In this document: positions 41,426 through 52,831 of the stretch, one piece after another
Numbering within the stretch: position 1 is the first letter of the stretch
Layout of the letters: each line of letters opens with the position of its first letter
NCBI GenBank assembly: GCA_963726255.1
Contig: CAVSBL010000002.1
Span: 608,001 to 672,000 of the forward strand
From: Candidatus Bathyarchaeota archaeon
GTDB lineage: Archaea; Thermoproteota; Bathyarchaeia; 40CM-2-53-6
Direction: 5' to 3'
DNA length: 64,000 bases
Translations under genes and position numbers: made by a program
Notes under the pieces: generated by a model
Told to the model about the DNA's origin: nothing
The model's database searches: none
What the model saw: only the letters and a program-made list of their open reading frames with translations

Positions 41426-42847
41426 ATGTCGAAAAATAGCGATGTAAGGGTTGAGAGAGACTCGCTTGGGCCTGTGCGCGTGCCGGCGCAGGCATACTAC
41501 GGCCCTGAAACTGCTAGGGCTGTAGATAACTTTCCAATCAGCGGAATTAGGCCGTTGCCGGAATTCCTCAAGGCAACGGTACTAGTCAAGAAGGCTGCCG
41601 CGGAGGCGAATCTCTCACTAGGCTTATTGGCTGAGAAAGTGGGGCGGGCGATTGCTTCTGCAGCTGATGAGATTCTTAACGGTGCCTTGCACGACCAATT
41701 TGTCGTTGATGTTTTCCAGGCTGGGGCAGGGACTTCCCACAACATGAACGCGAACGAAGTTCTAGCGAACCGAGCCATTGAAATTCTGGGCGGCCGAAAA
41801 GGCGACTACAAACTGGTGAGCCCTCATGACCACGTCAACATGGGTCAATCCACGAATGACACCTATCCAACTTTCATTCGTGTAGTCGCCGTATTGATGG
41901 CTAAGCCACTCATTGGAGCCGTTGCCTCGCTCAAACAAAGCTTTGATGAGAAGGCGAAGGAATTCGATCGCTTAGTGAAGTCTGGTCGCACGCATTTACA
42001 GGATGCAGGCGCAATTCGGCTAGGCCAGGAATTCGCAGCTTGGGCGCGGAATCTGGAGGACGACCTCCAAACAATTCAAAACGCCGTCGACAAGTTGCTG
42101 GAACTCAATTTGGGGGGCACAGCCGTAGGCACTGGCTTGAACGCCGACCCGACGTATGTGAAACTTGCAGTGGAGAACCTCTCCAAGTACACGGGTTACA
42201 AGTTCAGAGTCGCCCGCAATTATGCGGCATTGATGCAATCCATGGCCGACTTCGTAACATTCTCCGCTGCACTGCGCACACTGAGCGTGGACCTAACAAA
42301 GATCGCTAATGATCTGCGGCTCATGAGTTCTGGGCCTGTTACGGGGATTGGGGAAATAACCCTGCCTGCCGTCCAGCCTGGATCCTCGATTATGCCAGGT
42401 AAGGTGAACCCGAGCATTGCTGAAATGCTAAACATGGTTTGCTTCGAAGTCATTGGGAACGACGTAACAATTATGATGGCCGCGCAAGCGAGCCAGTTGG
42501 AACTGGATGTGATGATGCCTGTAATAGCATACGACCTAACCCAGTCACTCCTGATCCTAACAAATGGCATACGGGTATTCAATGAGCGTCTCGTGAAGGG
42601 CATTAAGGCAAATGAAGAAAGGTGCACTGCTTTGCTTGAAAAAAGCGCAGGCATAGCATTGGCCCTCAATCCCTTTATTGGTTATGAGAAGGCGGCCGAA
42701 GTTGCGAAGGAAGCGCTGGCACGTGAGGTCCCCTTGCGCCAGGTGGTGTTGGAGAAGGGCTTACTCTCCGCTCATCAACTCGATGAAATATTGGACCCGT
42801 TCGCTATGACGACGCCCGGCGTCCACGGAAAAGAGAAGAAAAAGTGA
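41426..42847 (+). CDS. Aspartate ammonia-lyase / class II fumarase
   Basis: QAGAGTSHNMNANEV, GRTHLQDA, GSSIMPGKVNP. Confidence 0.9.
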   Translation: MSKNSDVRVERDSLGPVRVPAQAYYGPETARAVDNFPISGIRPLPEFLKATVLVKKAAAEANLSLGLLAEKVGRAIASAADEILNGALHDQFVVDVFQAGAGTSHNMNANEVLANRAIEILGGRKGDYKLVSPHDHVNMGQSTNDTYPTFIRVVAVLMAKPLIGAVASLKQSFDEKAKEFDRLVKSGRTHLQDAGAIRLGQEFAAWARNLEDDLQTIQNAVDKLLELNLGGTAVGTGLNADPTYVKLAVENLSKYTGYKFRVARNYAALMQSMADFVTFSAALRTLSVDLTKIANDLRLMSSGPVTGIGEITLPAVQPGSSIMPGKVNPSIAEMLNMVCFEVIGNDVTIMMAAQASQLELDVMMPVIAYDLTQSLLILTNGIRVFNERLVKGIKANEERCTALLEKSAGIALALNPFIGYEKAAEVAKEALAREVPLRQVVLEKGLLSAHQLDEILDPFAMTTPGVHGKEKKK

Positions 42848-42855
42848 GGGTTGTT

Positions 42856-45663
<2,808 letters not shown>

Positions 45664-45757
45664 CGCTATTAGGCTTTACGAGCCCTAAAACTTCACCCTC
45701 ATGTATTCGGACGGTTCGTTTGAGACCGGGACGACATACAAGCGTTCCATGCGCTGA

Positions 45758-46147
45758 TTAGCTTTCGCCTATGATTTGCAGCCATACTTCCCGCCTGGAG
45801 CGCGGGCCGTCAAGTTCAACCACGAAAATGTTCTGCCAGGTGCCTCTAACCAGTCGGCCATCTACGATCGGGAACGTTCGAGAGTGTCCAAGAAATGCCG
45901 CGGCTAAGTGGGCGTCCGCGTTATCGTCGATGGCGTTGTGGCGGTAGCTCCGAGATACCGGGAAAACATCCTCGATCTTCGCGAGCACGTCTTGCATTAG
46001 ACCGCTTTCATGTTCATTTGCGATTACTGCCGCAGTTGCGTGGGGTACGCTGATGATGCAGATTCCGTTCTTTATTCCGGCGTTTTCAACGAGGCCCATA
46101 ACTTGAGGCGTAATATCCATGAGTTGCCTTCTATCTGACGACCTCAA
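45758..46147 (-). CDS. YjbQ/UPF0047 family protein
   Basis: PHATAA, NADAH, GTWQNIFVVELDGPR; true start probably near 46178. Confidence 0.9.
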   Translation of the reverse strand: MRSSDRRQLMDITPQVMGLVENAGIKNGICIISVPHATAAVIANEHESGLMQDVLAKIEDVFPVSRSYRHNAIDDNADAHLAAAFLGHSRTFPIVDGRLVRGTWQNIFVVELDGPRSRREVWLQIIGES

Positions 46148-46240
46148 CGTCAGAAGCTTGCTAATGACAGTCGTTCAACTGCACCTCTATCGGGTGCAGG
46201 TAAAAGTAGAGGGGATTGAAAAAGGGATGGGGAAGCTCGG

Positions 46241-46858
46241 TTACATCCGAGCTTCGCTAGTCGGAATGGGTGGCAACTCTGGGAAGCGCTCCTTCATCTT
46301 TTGCTCAGCCACTAAGTTGGCTTCCTGAAGTATCTTCTGCGACTCGCCGCTGGATGATGAGATGTCGAAGGTGTTTTCAGTAGTTTCTCCAACTTCCACG
46401 CTCAGTTCTTCAAGTGTTTCGTTTACACTGGAGAGTTCTAATGAGACCTCGGGCATCACGCCCTCCAACTGCGATTTTAGTGTTCTTACCACGCCGGCGA
46501 CCGGCAGCATCGTGTAGGCTAGCTGACCGAACTCGTTCACAGCTTCTAATCGCAACGTAACTTGTTCGAGGGCTAGTTCGCTGTGTAAGACGACCTTCGC
46601 TATCTTTCTGAGTTCAGCGCATTCGTTGGCATAGATTGATGCGAGTTCAGTGTTCTTTCCTTGAACCGCTAGGACGCATTTTCCATATAGTGCTTGGTCG
46701 CGTTCCTGCATATGGTATGACGTCCTCTCGAGTTTTCGTTGTTGAACCTTTAGCTTGAATAGGCATTGACTTACGCGCTGTTTCATTGGGGTGGGGTGTA
46801 TTGCTTCCTTGAGCTTTTTACTCCACGGATTTCTCTCTTTGAACATGCTATCTATCAC
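46241..46858 (-). CDS. cdvB: ESCRT-III/Snf7 paralog (CdvB1/2-like)
   Basis: ASIYANECAELRK, LALEQVTLRLE; C-terminal FPELPPIP MIM2-like motif. Confidence 0.9.
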   Translation of the reverse strand: MIDSMFKERNPWSKKLKEAIHPTPMKQRVSQCLFKLKVQQRKLERTSYHMQERDQALYGKCVLAVQGKNTELASIYANECAELRKIAKVVLHSELALEQVTLRLEAVNEFGQLAYTMLPVAGVVRTLKSQLEGVMPEVSLELSSVNETLEELSVEVGETTENTFDISSSSGESQKILQEANLVAEQKMKERFPELPPIPTSEARM

Positions 46859-47370
46859 CCCTTTGTGAGTGTTCCATTCCCGCCGCTTTCGTTCGTTGCT
46901 TTTTCGTGTTCGTTGGCCAAGATCTTCAGGAAATTGCCGAGCCTGCCTTCTTCGAAAATTCGTATTATTGATCCGGTGTATTCGATCTTGACATTGAGGG
47001 ACCGTAGTTTCGTCATCAACTTCTCGATTTCCGACTTGTTCTTTCCCACCAGGAAGACAAGCCCTTCGGGTTCGCCCAGCGAGCTTACTACTTTCACTGT
47101 TTGTGGGATTGCCGCAATTTTCTCAATGATGGCATCTCTTTCTGTGTCTCTCGGGAAGCTGGCGCCAACTAGAATTTGTTCGGCGACTCCAAGTTTCTCC
47201 AGGTCCAGGTCGGCTGTATAGTCCTTGATTACACCGTTCTTCTCTAGCTTGTTCACGCGGTAGGCGACAACATTTGGGTGAAGGCTCAGCTTTCGTCCGA
47301 TTTCCGCAAAGGAGTACTTGGCGTTTTCAACAAGTTCCGCTAGGATCTTGTAGTCTACTGAATCTATCAT
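46855..47370 (-). CDS. Lrp/AsnC family transcriptional regulator
   Basis: DSVDYKILAELVENAKYSFAEIGRKL...RVNKLEKNGVIKDY...LDLEKLG plus RAM-like domain. Confidence 0.9.
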   Translation of the reverse strand: MIDSVDYKILAELVENAKYSFAEIGRKLSLHPNVVAYRVNKLEKNGVIKDYTADLDLEKLGVAEQILVGASFPRDTERDAIIEKIAAIPQTVKVVSSLGEPEGLVFLVGKNKSEIEKLMTKLRSLNVKIEYTGSIIRIFEEGRLGNFLKILANEHEKATNESGGNGTLTKG

Positions 47371-47382
47371 TTCATTCTTACC

Positions 47383-48519
47383 TCAAAGTGCTTTGTATGT
47401 TTCAAACCACTTATCGTAAAGGCCCAGCATTTGGAGCGAAACGCTTGGTTTGCGTCTTCTCAAGATCTCTCTGAAATCGTCCATAGTAATCGGTCGTGCT
47501 TGACCTTGAGCCTTCGGAGTGCTGGCTTCGAATAATTCACGCACGACTCTTGTTTGGGCTCCTTGGAATATGTCACGAAAGTCGCTCCCTGAGTATCCTT
47601 CCGTCTTCTGAATTAGCGTCTCCTGATCTATGTCATGGTCGAGCCGGAGCTCCTTCGCGTAAATGCTAAACAGTTCTCTCCTAGCTTCAGAGTTGGGGAG
47701 TGGGACGTAGATTCGTTTCTGGAATCTGCGTATGAATGGCTCATCCAAGGCCCAGGGCTTGTTCGTTGCTCCAATCACGTATACGTGGCTCTGGCGTTTC
47801 TTGTCCAAGATGTTGTCCATTTCCTTGAGAAATTGGTTGCGGGTTCTAACCTCGCCACCTACTTCGTCTCCTCGAATTCCAACCAGCGAGTCTACTTCAT
47901 CAATGAAAATTATGACGGGGTGTCCTTCCTTCGATGCTTTATGTGCTGAACCAAAGAGTTCAGCGACATTTTTCTCAGACTCACCTAGCCACTTTGACAT
48001 TATGGAAGCAGCGTCAACGCTGTAGAATACTGCATCAATCTCAGTGGCAATTGCAGCGGCTAGAAGGGTTTTGCCGCAGCCCGGTGGGCCGAAGAATAAT
48101 ATTCCTCTCGGCCACCCTAATGGGAAAAGGTCTGGGCGCTTTACTGGAAAGACTATAGATTCCTCGATGGCCTTCTTGGCGTCGTGGAGATTGGCTATCT
48201 CACCCCACTTGATGTTCGGTTTCTCTGCCAACACGAGGTGTTCAAGTTTTGTGGATTGCCCTAGGCTTGGGCGTTCATCCAAGTGCCCATTCTCATCCTT
48301 AAGCTCCTTGATCCTACGCTTGCAATTTTCGACCTGTTGCATGTACAGTCGGGTTTGGGGGGCTTCCGGGTAGAACGTGCAGAGTTTCAGCAGTATCTCA
48401 GCTGTCCGTTCGTACCTTGAAATCGCATTCGATTTTGCGCCTTGCTTATCAAACTGTACTGCTTCGTTTGCGAATCTTGCAGCCATTTGCTCGAGTTCTT
48501 CAGAGGCCGAAAGTTGCAT
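47383..48519 (-). CDS. cdvC: CdvC/Vps4 AAA+ ATPase with MIT domain
   Basis: N-terminal MIT helices, GPPGCGKT, SKWLGESEK, IIFIDE, IRRFQKR. Confidence 0.93.
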   Translation of the reverse strand: MQLSASEELEQMAARFANEAVQFDKQGAKSNAISRYERTAEILLKLCTFYPEAPQTRLYMQQVENCKRRIKELKDENGHLDERPSLGQSTKLEHLVLAEKPNIKWGEIANLHDAKKAIEESIVFPVKRPDLFPLGWPRGILFFGPPGCGKTLLAAAIATEIDAVFYSVDAASIMSKWLGESEKNVAELFGSAHKASKEGHPVIIFIDEVDSLVGIRGDEVGGEVRTRNQFLKEMDNILDKKRQSHVYVIGATNKPWALDEPFIRRFQKRIYVPLPNSEARRELFSIYAKELRLDHDIDQETLIQKTEGYSGSDFRDIFQGAQTRVVRELFEASTPKAQGQARPITMDDFREILRRRKPSVSLQMLGLYDKWFETYKAL

Positions 48520-48536
48520 GAATAAGCACTCGCTGA

Positions 48537-49316
48537 TTATTCGATTACGACCTTTCCGTTTTCCCGTAGTCTCTGTATGGCAGTTTTCACTTCAACCGGG
48601 GAGGCATGCAGCTCTTCCGCGCATGACTCAACACTCATCTCACCGTCATGCTTTCTGGCGTAATTGTAAACTTGGTCGTCGATGCCCGATTCCATATCAG
48701 GGATCGCAGGTTCGGGAACTGCCACTTTTTGAGTTGCCTCTATGGTCGGAAGATCTGGGAAATGTTCATGCAACTTCTGTTCTGCGATCAGACCAGTCTC
48801 TTCGAGGACTTTTCGCGCTTCTGCGTCGGACGTTTCCACGGATAGCGTGCTTGTCGTTACTTCGCCGGTTTCGTAGGTTAGGTCACCCAGCAAGTTGTTG
48901 ACTTCTTCGAGCTCATCGGCTACTTGCGGAACAATTCCGGCGATTTTTGATTTCGTTTCCTTAACTATGCCCATGACGGGGGCTATGTCGGAGATGATTG
49001 TGCCGAATTCTCCGACCGTTTCGAGTCTGAGGATTACTTTTTCCAAGGCTAGCTGACTGCCCAAGACAACTTGGGCGATTTTTCTTATTTCGGCGCATTC
49101 ATTGGCGTAGATTCTGGCGTGTCCTAAGTCGTTTGAGAGCTGAGCACCCACACAGCGTTGGAAAAGGTCAGTGTCACGTTGGTGGAGGCGCGCATACATG
49201 TGTTCCAGTTTGTCAAGTTGCGCGTTGAGCCTGAATGAGGCGTGCTCTATTCGTTCCTTTAGTGGTACGGGGTGAACCTTGTCTTCGAATTTTCTAAAGA
49301 TGGAGAAGGTAACCAC
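48537..49316 (-). CDS. cdvB: CdvB (ESCRT-III core plus C-terminal winged helix)
   Basis: Snf7 core, FPDLP motif, C-terminal wH (VYNYARKHDG...AIQRLRENGKV); lies between cdvA and cdvC. Confidence 0.92.
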   Translation of the reverse strand: MVTFSIFRKFEDKVHPVPLKERIEHASFRLNAQLDKLEHMYARLHQRDTDLFQRCVGAQLSNDLGHARIYANECAEIRKIAQVVLGSQLALEKVILRLETVGEFGTIISDIAPVMGIVKETKSKIAGIVPQVADELEEVNNLLGDLTYETGEVTTSTLSVETSDAEARKVLEETGLIAEQKLHEHFPDLPTIEATQKVAVPEPAIPDMESGIDDQVYNYARKHDGEMSVESCAEELHASPVEVKTAIQRLRENGKVVIE

Positions 49317-49328
49317 ATCCTACCGTGG

Positions 49329-50012
49329 TTAGGCTGATTCTCGCATCTTGATTACTACAACATCAGGGATTTTTGGCGGGGCCGAGGTTTCAGTGGTCGT
49401 TATTGAGGCGTCTAGGTTATCGATTGTTTGCAGTGATTCCTTGGTGTTGTCAATGTCCTTTCGCTCTTTTCGAGCGATTTCGAGTCCCGCTCGAATGGAT
49501 CCGGTAACAGAGTGGTATGTGTTCTCGTCGATTTCAGCAGCTGTGTAGAGCATCTTATTGTTCGTTAGGGCTGTTTGAAGGTCTTTGATTTGTTGTTCGA
49601 GCTTTGCTACCTGTTCCTTTAGCGTTTCAACTACTTTTTCGCGTTTTGCAATGATCTCTTTGTTTATGTCCTCGTAACTGTTTCGGAGTTGGTTGTACTC
49701 GGGTTGGTCTATGTCTCCGTCTCTTAGAAGCAGGTCGAGCGCTTGCCTTCTTCTCTTGACGATGTCGTGTTCCCTTTTGAGATCCTCGGCCTCGACGCGC
49801 CACGCCTCTAGTATAATTGGATGTCCGTCGATGACTCTGACGCAACTTATCGGATATTCTGCAACCCCGCCGTCCCCCAGGGCTACTTGGACGGCCTGTA
49901 CCTCATCTTTGATATCCGCTGTAAGCCCCACTAGCTTACCTGTGGGCCGTCCCATCGGATCCTCAAGCGACTGCCCTAGGTACTTTCCAATCTGTTCTAT
50001 GGTCAGGTTCAA
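49329..50012 (-). CDS. cdvA: CdvA cell division protein
   Basis: PRC-barrel-like N-terminus (YLGQSLEDPMGR), long coiled coil, C-terminal PDVVVIK beta-peptide. Confidence 0.88.
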   Translation of the reverse strand: MNLTIEQIGKYLGQSLEDPMGRPTGKLVGLTADIKDEVQAVQVALGDGGVAEYPISCVRVIDGHPIILEAWRVEAEDLKREHDIVKRRRQALDLLLRDGDIDQPEYNQLRNSYEDINKEIIAKREKVVETLKEQVAKLEQQIKDLQTALTNNKMLYTAAEIDENTYHSVTGSIRAGLEIARKERKDIDNTKESLQTIDNLDASITTTETSAPPKIPDVVVIKMRESA

Positions 50013-50026
50013 GACGAATTGATCCT

Positions 50027-50686
50027 CTAGTGAGAAATTCCGGCTTCGCCAACTTTCGGGCGAGATGCGATCCCGTTGCTCGGGAGGTCTGGGAAGATGT
50101 TCTTCATGTGCTGCTCTGCAATGGTGTTTGCCTCGCCGAGGATTCTTTGAGCCTCTTCCCCAGATGCGTTCACATCATAATTTGACCCGGTGACTTCGCC
50201 TGCTTCGTCAACGACACCGCTTAGAACTTCTCCTATCTGTCCGAGTTCGAAGCCTACTTCTGGCATTACACCCGATATCTGGCTCTTGATTGAGTGGACA
50301 ACGCTCGCTACAGGCGCCATCATTTTGGCTACGTCGCCAAATTCCTCAATTGTCTGAAGGCGTAGGTAGACTTGTTCCAGGGCCATCTGGCATTGAACCG
50401 TTACCTTGGCCATCTTGCGCACTTCTGCGCACTCGTTCGCATACATCATCGCTCGCGCATTGTCATGAGCCATCTGTGAACTCACGCACTTCGCGAAAAT
50501 CTCCTTGTCGTGCTGTTGCATGCGATTAGCGGCTGTTTCAAGCTTGTTTTTCTGAACGTTTAGTCTGTAGAGCGCCGAAGAGATCTGTTCCTTTACAGCC
50601 GGTTTGTGATGGAATCGGTCACCGACTCGTGTGAAAACAGGTTCTCTTTGGTCGTTATCCCAGTCCTTTAGGAATCCTTGGTTCAT
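50027..50686 (-). CDS. cdvB: ESCRT-III/Snf7 paralog (CdvB1/2-like)
   Basis: RAMMYANECAEVRK, ALEQVYLRLQT, FPDLP; ATG 50686 follows a GGTGA SD. Confidence 0.9.
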   Translation of the reverse strand: MNQGFLKDWDNDQREPVFTRVGDRFHHKPAVKEQISSALYRLNVQKNKLETAANRMQQHDKEIFAKCVSSQMAHDNARAMMYANECAEVRKMAKVTVQCQMALEQVYLRLQTIEEFGDVAKMMAPVASVVHSIKSQISGVMPEVGFELGQIGEVLSGVVDEAGEVTGSNYDVNASGEEAQRILGEANTIAEQHMKNIFPDLPSNGIASRPKVGEAGISH

Positions 50687-50729
50687 TATCACTTTCACCA
50701 GTTTGTGTTTGCAACAATTCTTCGTGTTT

Positions 50730-50763
50730 GTTCTGCGTACGCGAACGAATGCTATTCAAATTT
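50730..50763 (-). promoter_or_regulatory. Putative cdv promoter: TATA-like box followed by a near-palindrome
   Basis: Minus strand GAAATTTGAATA, then GTTCGCGTACGCAGAAC. Confidence 0.45.
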
Positions 50764-51040
50764 CATGCAAGAAAACTGTCAAGATTTAGTGAGTCACCGA
50801 AAGGGGTTTCTCATAATCATCGTTCAGGAACTAGAAGTGCATCATATTCTGATGTAACACAGAAACGAGCTCCGGCCTAGTGTGCGTGAAAGGCAACCAT
50901 CCCGAGCCGGATCTTGTTGATTCCACTAATCTGGCCTAGGATTCAACAAACAACGCTGCGAACCCTACTGTAAACCGAAAAACAGCGAAAGAAACTTGGA
51001 TTTTCACGTCAGACCGTGCGTTCCGGTGTGGCCACCCATG

Positions 51041-51373
51041 TCATATCTTCTTCAGTTTGATTTCGATTGATGAAACGTTTCTCGTGTCGCCACCTTCTCC
51101 GAGCACTTCCGTTCCGATGCTTATTTCCTGGACCGCGAGTTTCCCTGCAAAGAATCTGCGGCGTACAACCTCGACAACGTCCACGGCTGTGCTGATCGCC
51201 CGCCCTCTAGCCTTGACGCTTAAAGTTTGAGCACCTGCCTGGAAATGCATCATTACGGCGGTCGCGTAGGCCATTATAGGCTTCTTTCCAATCAGAATTG
51301 TGTCCGGTGGAATAGGCTGTCGAACCCTCGCTTCCTGCCTTGGTGGGGATGGAGCTGCCTTCTCCTGTGCCAT
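51041..51373 (-). CDS. albA: DNA/RNA-binding protein Alba
   Basis: ILIGKKPIMAY, VKARGRAISTAVDVVE, RNVSSIEI. Confidence 0.93.
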   Translation of the reverse strand: MAQEKAAPSPPRQEARVRQPIPPDTILIGKKPIMAYATAVMMHFQAGAQTLSVKARGRAISTAVDVVEVVRRRFFAGKLAVQEISIGTEVLGEGGDTRNVSSIEIKLKKI

Positions 51374-51514
51374 GCCTTCGTCACCTCCTAGTATTGCAAA
51401 GTCCTCTGATGCGGTATGCTTCGCTGGAATGCTTGAGCGAAGATGCGTAAGCTTCAAGCTTCGTATTTGTCAATTTCGGTTAGGTTGCTGTTGAGTTGAG
51501 TAAAGCCTTGAATT

Positions 51515-52831
51515 CTATGTCGGTATGACCTTAAAGGGGAACATTGAGAAGAAGCTAGCCAAAACCACAGCGAGATAGAACAGTAGAACCAGCTTCGGTG
51601 GGTTTTGGTCGGCAATCATTTGGGCGATGGCTACGCATATGGCCGGAACCGCGGCCAAGAAGTAGAAGAGGTATGTAACTCGCTGCCCGAATATCACTGC
51701 AGGGTAAAACGGCAGGTATGTGACCGCGAACCACACCAATGCAACCAAGCTTAGGTCGCTCTTCTTCTGATAGTAGCTGTATGCCATGTAAATCATTGCA
51801 GGGATGGTCAAGTATAGAATGGCGGGATTCATTGCTCCGAGGAATTTGATTGATGTGTAGCTATTCGAAGTGGTACCAGAGCCGACTTGAACGTTTACCG
51901 CTAGGTATGGAATCTGAACTTGGTTAAGGAGCCACTGCCAAGGGCAGCTTATGATTCCGTTCGGGCATTGGGACACTAGTCCTGCGGAGTAGCTCAGTAT
52001 GTACTTGATATGGTCGAAGGGGTTGGAATAACCCACCCACAAACGGTCCATGATTGTGAGCAACAATAGAAAGCAGGCCAGCCAAACAGCAACATATTTC
52101 TCAAACCAGGAAAAGAATTCACTCCAATTCCTCCGTGATGAACGGCCTGTGGTGAACCTTACCAGATGCACGATTACTATGATGAGGATACCTGCTATTC
52201 CGGTAATTTTGGTCAAGGCGCTGAGCGCCATGCCAATCGCGCTCAAGTGGGGATGGCCTGAGAAATACCAGTAGAGCCCAAGCAGAATGAAGGTTAGCGC
52301 GAAGATGTCGAGGATTGCGATTCGACTCTGAATAAAGACAAGATTGTCGAAGGAAAATAGGAAAGTGGAGACCAGAGGGACCATCTTGTATGTTGCAAGC
52401 CGCTTCATTAGCAGGTAGAAGACGAGGATTGCGATTGAACCGAAGATCACGCTGGGAATGCGCCAGCCGTAACCATTGTCTCCCAACAGGTACATTGAGA
52501 ATGCGATCAGCAGTTTTGCTAAAGGGGGATGTTCATGGTTCGGGTCTAAGCCTGGTGGGACATTGACGTAGGGTGGCTGCGAATTGGAGCCTAGGCTTTG
52601 TTTGAGTCCGAGTATGACGCGTGCAACATTAACGTAATACCATTCATCGAAGATTAGCGAACCCGCGGGTTTGTCGAGCCAGATGGCCCGCAGAAAAATG
52701 TCGACGACAAATAGCAAAAGGAAAAGCTTGTCATATAGGCTCCGTAGGCTCAAATCAAGCGTGAGATTATTCTTTATCGCTCGCCAACCGAGGTTCGCTG
52801 AGTTCCTGCTCAAACTGTTACATCCTTTCAC
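51515..52831 (-). CDS. Dol-P-Man:protein O-mannosyltransferase-like (PMT/GT39, GT-C)
   Basis: IFDEWYY, EHPPLAKLLIA, GWRIPS, QSRIAILD. Confidence 0.85.
   Translation of the reverse strand: MKGCNSLSRNSANLGWRAIKNNLTLDLSLRSLYDKLFLLLFVVDIFLRAIWLDKPAGSLIFDEWYYVNVARVILGLKQSLGSNSQPPYVNVPPGLDPNHEHPPLAKLLIAFSMYLLGDNGYGWRIPSVIFGSIAILVFYLLMKRLATYKMVPLVSTFLFSFDNLVFIQSRIAILDIFALTFILLGLYWYFSGHPHLSAIGMALSALTKITGIAGILIIVIVHLVRFTTGRSSRRNWSEFFSWFEKYVAVWLACFLLLLTIMDRLWVGYSNPFDHIKYILSYSAGLVSQCPNGIISCPWQWLLNQVQIPYLAVNVQVGSGTTSNSYTSIKFLGAMNPAILYLTIPAMIYMAYSYYQKKSDLSLVALVWFAVTYLPFYPAVIFGQRVTYLFYFLAAVPAICVAIAQMIADQNPPKLVLLFYLAVVLASFFSMFPFKVIPT

Noticed and set aside
50860-50915. c-di-GMP-I riboswitch-like CTCCGGCCTA
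   Set aside because: Lacks the GGCAAAC/GAAA/GACGCAAAG core; only a short chance match
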